From NCBI GenBank assembly GCA_041484665.1, contig JBGPIA010000032.1, positions 1 to 19,152 on the forward strand: a DNA stretch of 19,152 nt, in the 5' to 3' direction. The position numbers and the translations under genes were made by a program. This document shows, in pieces, positions 15,915-19,152 of this stretch; position 1 is the first letter of the stretch, and every line of letters begins with the position of its first letter. This DNA comes from Candidatus Krumholzibacteriia bacterium (GTDB lineage Bacteria; Krumholzibacteriota; Krumholzibacteriia; JAJRXK01). The notes under the pieces are model-generated. The model was given only the letters and a program-made list of their open reading frames with translations. It was not told the DNA's origin and made no database searches.

Positions 15915-17669
15915 ATGTGGAGGCTCAGCAGCGTCTTGGTGTTCTGTGTTGTCCTGACTGGCTGCGTTCTTTCGAACGATGCGGTGGTCCCGGAATCCGC
16001 AGCGACGTTCGACGCCCGCCTGTTGGGTGGGTGGGAAGAGGTCGGCGGATCGGATCGCGCCGTCGTTTCGAGCGCCAGAACGAATGCCTATGCGATCGAG
16101 TACACCGATTCCGACGGTCAGGTGGGTCGGTTCGAAGCGCGCCTCGGGCGTCTCGGCACGCGCCTCGTCCTCGACGTCCTGCCTGCCCCGCGACAGGCCG
16201 GCTCCTCGCCTCCGGAAGCCGGCGCGTTGATCCGGGGGCATGTCCTGTTCGATCTGCAGGTCGGTGCCGACACCGCTCGGGTAGCCCTGCTGGAGCAGGG
16301 TGCGCTTGTGGCGGTGCTTGCCGGCGGCGCTTCGCACTTGGCGCACGTCACCAGCGGCGATCAGCTGATCCTCACCGATGCGACGGATCGGCTGCGCGTC
16401 GGCCTGGCGCGTTACCTGGATCGGGCGGGGCCGTTCGGGTCGCCGAGCGTCTGGCACCGGACGGGCGGACCGGAGCCCGCTGCCCCTGGCCCAGACAAGA
16501 GCGCGCGGCATACGGCCGCGGCCGCGCTCCCCGGCGCGCCCACCGCACCACGCGCCACCCCCAACGCATCGCGCACGGCGCCGCCCGCCTCACCTACCGC
16601 CTCGTCGACGGCCTCGCCCACCGCGGCCGCGCAACAGGGGCAGGACCCGTGCTTCGAGTCAGCCCCGTGGCGCGAAGCCGATCTCTTGTTCCGTCGCGAC
16701 CCGCACTGGGTTGGATCGGACGGTGCGTACTCGATCGACCTCGGGCACGAGCGCATCCTCTGGCTCTTCGGAGACACCAGGATCGATCCGTCGGGCCGGC
16801 ACACCCGGTGCGGAGCGCGCATGGTCCGCAACACCGTGGCGATCCAGAAGGGCGCGGATCCATCGCGAGCGGAAATGACGTTCTACTGGGGCGAGACGCG
16901 TGGCGGCGAACCCGGGCCGCTGTTCGCCGACCAGGGGGACGATTGGTTCTGGCCCGGGAACGGCATCCGACTCGAGAATTGCCTCGTCCTGTTCCTCATG
17001 CGTACCCGGGGCAGCTCCGGTGGGCTCGGCTTCGAATCAGCCGGGTGGAATGCCGTGCTGGTGAGCAATCCAGACGCGGAGCCGTCCCAATGGAAGGTCA
17101 AGTGGCTGGACACGCCGCGCAATGCGCTCGGCGTCGTCGTTGGATCGGCTGGCGTCGTGCGATGGGGCGATCAGGTGTACGCCTTCGGATCGCAGGAGCC
17201 GGTGAAGTCGCATCCGATGTACGTCGTGCGCTGGCCGGTGGCAGCGCTGCGGCGAGGCGACCTGCGCGCTCCGGAGTGGTGGGCGGGCGCCGACGCGGGA
17301 TGGGTCCCGGACTCATCCCAGGTCGCGCGTTGGCCGGCGTTCGAGAACGGCCAGTCCGAGCTCACCGTCCACTTCGATGAGCCCACGCGCCGATTCGTGG
17401 TTGTCCAGTCCGTCGGCTTCGGTGCGGCGGACGTGGCGGTCCGCTTTGCGCCCGAGCTGACCGGCCCGTGGACGCAGCCGCGCACGGTCCATCGGCCCGC
17501 GGAGTTCTACCGGCCCAAGATCATGATCTACGCCGCCAAGGCGCACCCGGAGCTCTCGGGCGCCGACCTGGTGCTGACCTATGCCACCAACACGTTTGAA
17601 TTCGCGGAGCAGATGACGGACAGCACCAGTTATTATCCGCGGTTCGTGCGGCTGACACGGTGTCCGTAG
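15915..17669 (+). CDS. Lipoprotein: unknown N-terminal domain, Pro/Ala/Thr/Ser linker and DUF4185/DUF5005-like beta-propeller
   Basis: Signal peptide with lipobox LTGC; linker TAPRATPNASRTAPPASPTASSTASPTAAA; GSDGAYSIDLG..RILWLFGDT, GPWT and YAAKAHPEL...Y.PRF motifs. Confidence 0.72.
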   Translation: MWRLSSVLVFCVVLTGCVLSNDAVVPESAATFDARLLGGWEEVGGSDRAVVSSARTNAYAIEYTDSDGQVGRFEARLGRLGTRLVLDVLPAPRQAGSSPPEAGALIRGHVLFDLQVGADTARVALLEQGALVAVLAGGASHLAHVTSGDQLILTDATDRLRVGLARYLDRAGPFGSPSVWHRTGGPEPAAPGPDKSARHTAAAALPGAPTAPRATPNASRTAPPASPTASSTASPTAAAQQGQDPCFESAPWREADLLFRRDPHWVGSDGAYSIDLGHERILWLFGDTRIDPSGRHTRCGARMVRNTVAIQKGADPSRAEMTFYWGETRGGEPGPLFADQGDDWFWPGNGIRLENCLVLFLMRTRGSSGGLGFESAGWNAVLVSNPDAEPSQWKVKWLDTPRNALGVVVGSAGVVRWGDQVYAFGSQEPVKSHPMYVVRWPVAALRRGDLRAPEWWAGADAGWVPDSSQVARWPAFENGQSELTVHFDEPTRRFVVVQSVGFGAADVAVRFAPELTGPWTQPRTVHRPAEFYRPKIMIYAAKAHPELSGADLVLTYATNTFEFAEQMTDSTSYYPRFVRLTRCP

Positions 17670-17724
17670 AGTTCGAGGCATGCGTTGCGACGGGGTTGCG
17701 GACATCGCGCGTGGAGCATGAGAC

Positions 17725-17867
17725 GCTGGCGCGGCCAGCGGGGATGGAGCGGATGCGAGAGGGTATCGAAGAGGGTGGGTCGACAGCGGGTGCCGTCGTG
17801 GTCGGATCGTAGAAGGTCCGGGCGGATCGTTCACGAAACGCCCGCGTCCTTGCGTTGGCCGCGCAGC
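17725..17867 (+). other. Eroded long attC-like palindrome
   Basis: Arms GCTG(G)CGCGGCCAGCGGGGATG and CGTCCTTGCGTTGGCCGCGCAGC(TGAGCGCG), with one unpaired base in the left arm as in attC L''; core sites are not recognisable. Confidence 0.35.
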
Positions 17868-18169
17868 TGAGCGCGGGTGACGGCGCATCCATGTGGATCG
17901 AGGGTGAGGTTGTCCGGGGCGAGGCGTAGATCACAACATTATGATGTGCTGTGTGCGGCGAGCCTTCCGTCGGCAGGGTCAACACCCCGTGTCGTCGGGT
18001 GTGCGATCGCTCTTCCGGCGATGCTGAGGCCCTTGTCGCCTCCACAGCCAAGTTGTAGGCTTGTCTCCGTCGTTGTTGGGCTGCCAGAAAGACCGAACTT
18101 GGGCGCACTGCAGGCCCCTGTTGCAAGTATGCGCGGCGCGTGGTGTGGGACCCCGCGGCGGTTTGGCAT

Positions 18170-18647
18170 GTGTGCGCGCGGAGGCGCGGGGCCGCCGGTG
18201 GGTCTGAAGGCGCCGTTCGCGGCTCGCCTGGGGCGGGTGCGGGCGCAGCACCGGCGCTACCTGGGGGCAGGGCGCGGAAGCGTCGAGCTGCCCTCTGCGC
18301 TGACCAAGAAGCACCCGCTCGCCGCGTGGGCCTGGGCGTGGCAACGGTTGTTCCCCGCGACCCGCTTCTACCTGGATCCTCCGTTGGACCAGTACCACCG
18401 CCACCATTTTCACGCGTCCGTGCTGCAGCGGGTCGTCAAAGAAGCTGCCCGGACGGCGGGCCCGTCGAAACCAGCGAGCTGCCACACCCTGTGGAACGCC
18501 TTCGCCACCCACCTCCTTGAGTGCGGATAGGACATTCCCACCGTTCAAGAGCTGCTCGGACACGCGGGCGTGAGCACGACCCTGATCTGCACCCACGTCC
18601 TGAATCGGGGTGTGCGCAGCCCGCTCGATGAAGGTGTGCGGCTATGA
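18170..18647 (+). pseudogene. intI: Integron integrase pseudogene (C-terminal half)
   Basis: GSVELPSALTKKHP..AWAWAWQRLFP...RHHFH..VLQR (integron-specific insertion), then [49 protein letters not shown]. There is an in-frame TAG at 18528; HxxR reads HxxW and the catalytic Tyr reads Cys; the N-terminal half is missing. The start of homology is approximate. Confidence 0.92.
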
Positions 18648-18716
18648 TGGGCGCCGTGCGAGCGTCGAGCGCGGTCCGAGGGACGGCGCGAGCGTGCCGA
18701 TGAAGCGGGGGCAGGG

Positions 18717-18902
18717 ATAGACTGCGGAGGATAGACCGCGGCTCGGTGCGGGGTATCTGGGGCGGGCGGCTTGCGTCGGCGCGATGGAAGAGGCAGCCGG
18801 GATCGAGGATGCGGGTCGCTCGGGCGTGTGGGAGCGGCGGGATAGACGGACGGATAGCGCGCGATCAAGGGAAATAGATTCGCAGTCTACTACTTGTTCG
18901 GC
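18717..18902 (+). repeat. attI-like module, copy 3
   Basis: ATAGACTGCGG (18717), ATAGACCGCGG (18731) ... GAAATAGATTCGCAGTCTACTACTT-GTTCGGC; directly downstream of the intI pseudogene. Confidence 0.75.
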
Positions 18903-18956
18903 GGGCTCGGAGAGCGTGAACATCGAGGCGATCTTCTTCCAATAGGAGATATCAAA

Positions 18957-19152
18957 ATGAACGCAAGTGATCTTATTGATGATCTAATCGCAACACTTAC
19001 TGATTGGCGCAGCGTGACTTTTACCAACATCCGCAAAATTGTCCGTGATGCTGATCCAGAGATAGTCGAGGAATGGAAATGGATGGGTACCCCAGTCTGG
19101 TCTCACGATGGAATAGTCTGTGTCGCAAATGCCTTCAAAGATAAGGTTAAGC
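18957..19152 (+). CDS. DUF1801 (YdhG-like) protein, partial; AT-rich cassette gene
   Basis: AGGAG RBS; MNASDLIDDLIATLTDWRSVTFTNIRKIVRDADPEIVEEWKWMGTPVWSHDGIVCVANAFKDKVK; runs off the right edge. Confidence 0.88.
   Translation, partial: MNASDLIDDLIATLTDWRSVTFTNIRKIVRDADPEIVEEWKWMGTPVWSHDGIVCVANAFKDKVK

Noticed and set aside
17877..18530. 217-aa ORF as a functional integrase
   Set aside because: The first 100 or so codons are not IntI-like, and the ORF stops before the C-terminal catalytic residues, which are also mutated.
3219..18902. Repeats as a CRISPR array
   Set aside because: Copies are kilobases apart with no regular spacers and no cas genes.

Overview
GC-rich bacterial accessory region that reads as a decayed integron-like gene-cassette island. 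It has three copies of an attI-like module whose similarity stops exactly at a GTT core (3384, 10194, 18896). Two of these lie just downstream of co-oriented integron-integrase (intI) remnants, which is the 'reverse integron' layout. Several degenerate attC sites punctuate small + strand genes typical of cassettes (GNAT, CPBP protease, DinB, MmcQ/YjbR, YciI fragments, VOC, HNH, DUF5990, DUF1697, DUF1801). Two larger blocks are embedded: (i) a SWIM-SNF2 helicase divergent from an internally deleted higB, higA and a MORC-like GHKL ATPase with an Ig-like domain, a candidate defence or DNA-transaction system; (ii) a divergent catalase/oxyR pair with an OxyR-type box. The left edge is the 5' part of an IS1380-family element. 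All family calls come from motif recognition by eye; no database searches were run.
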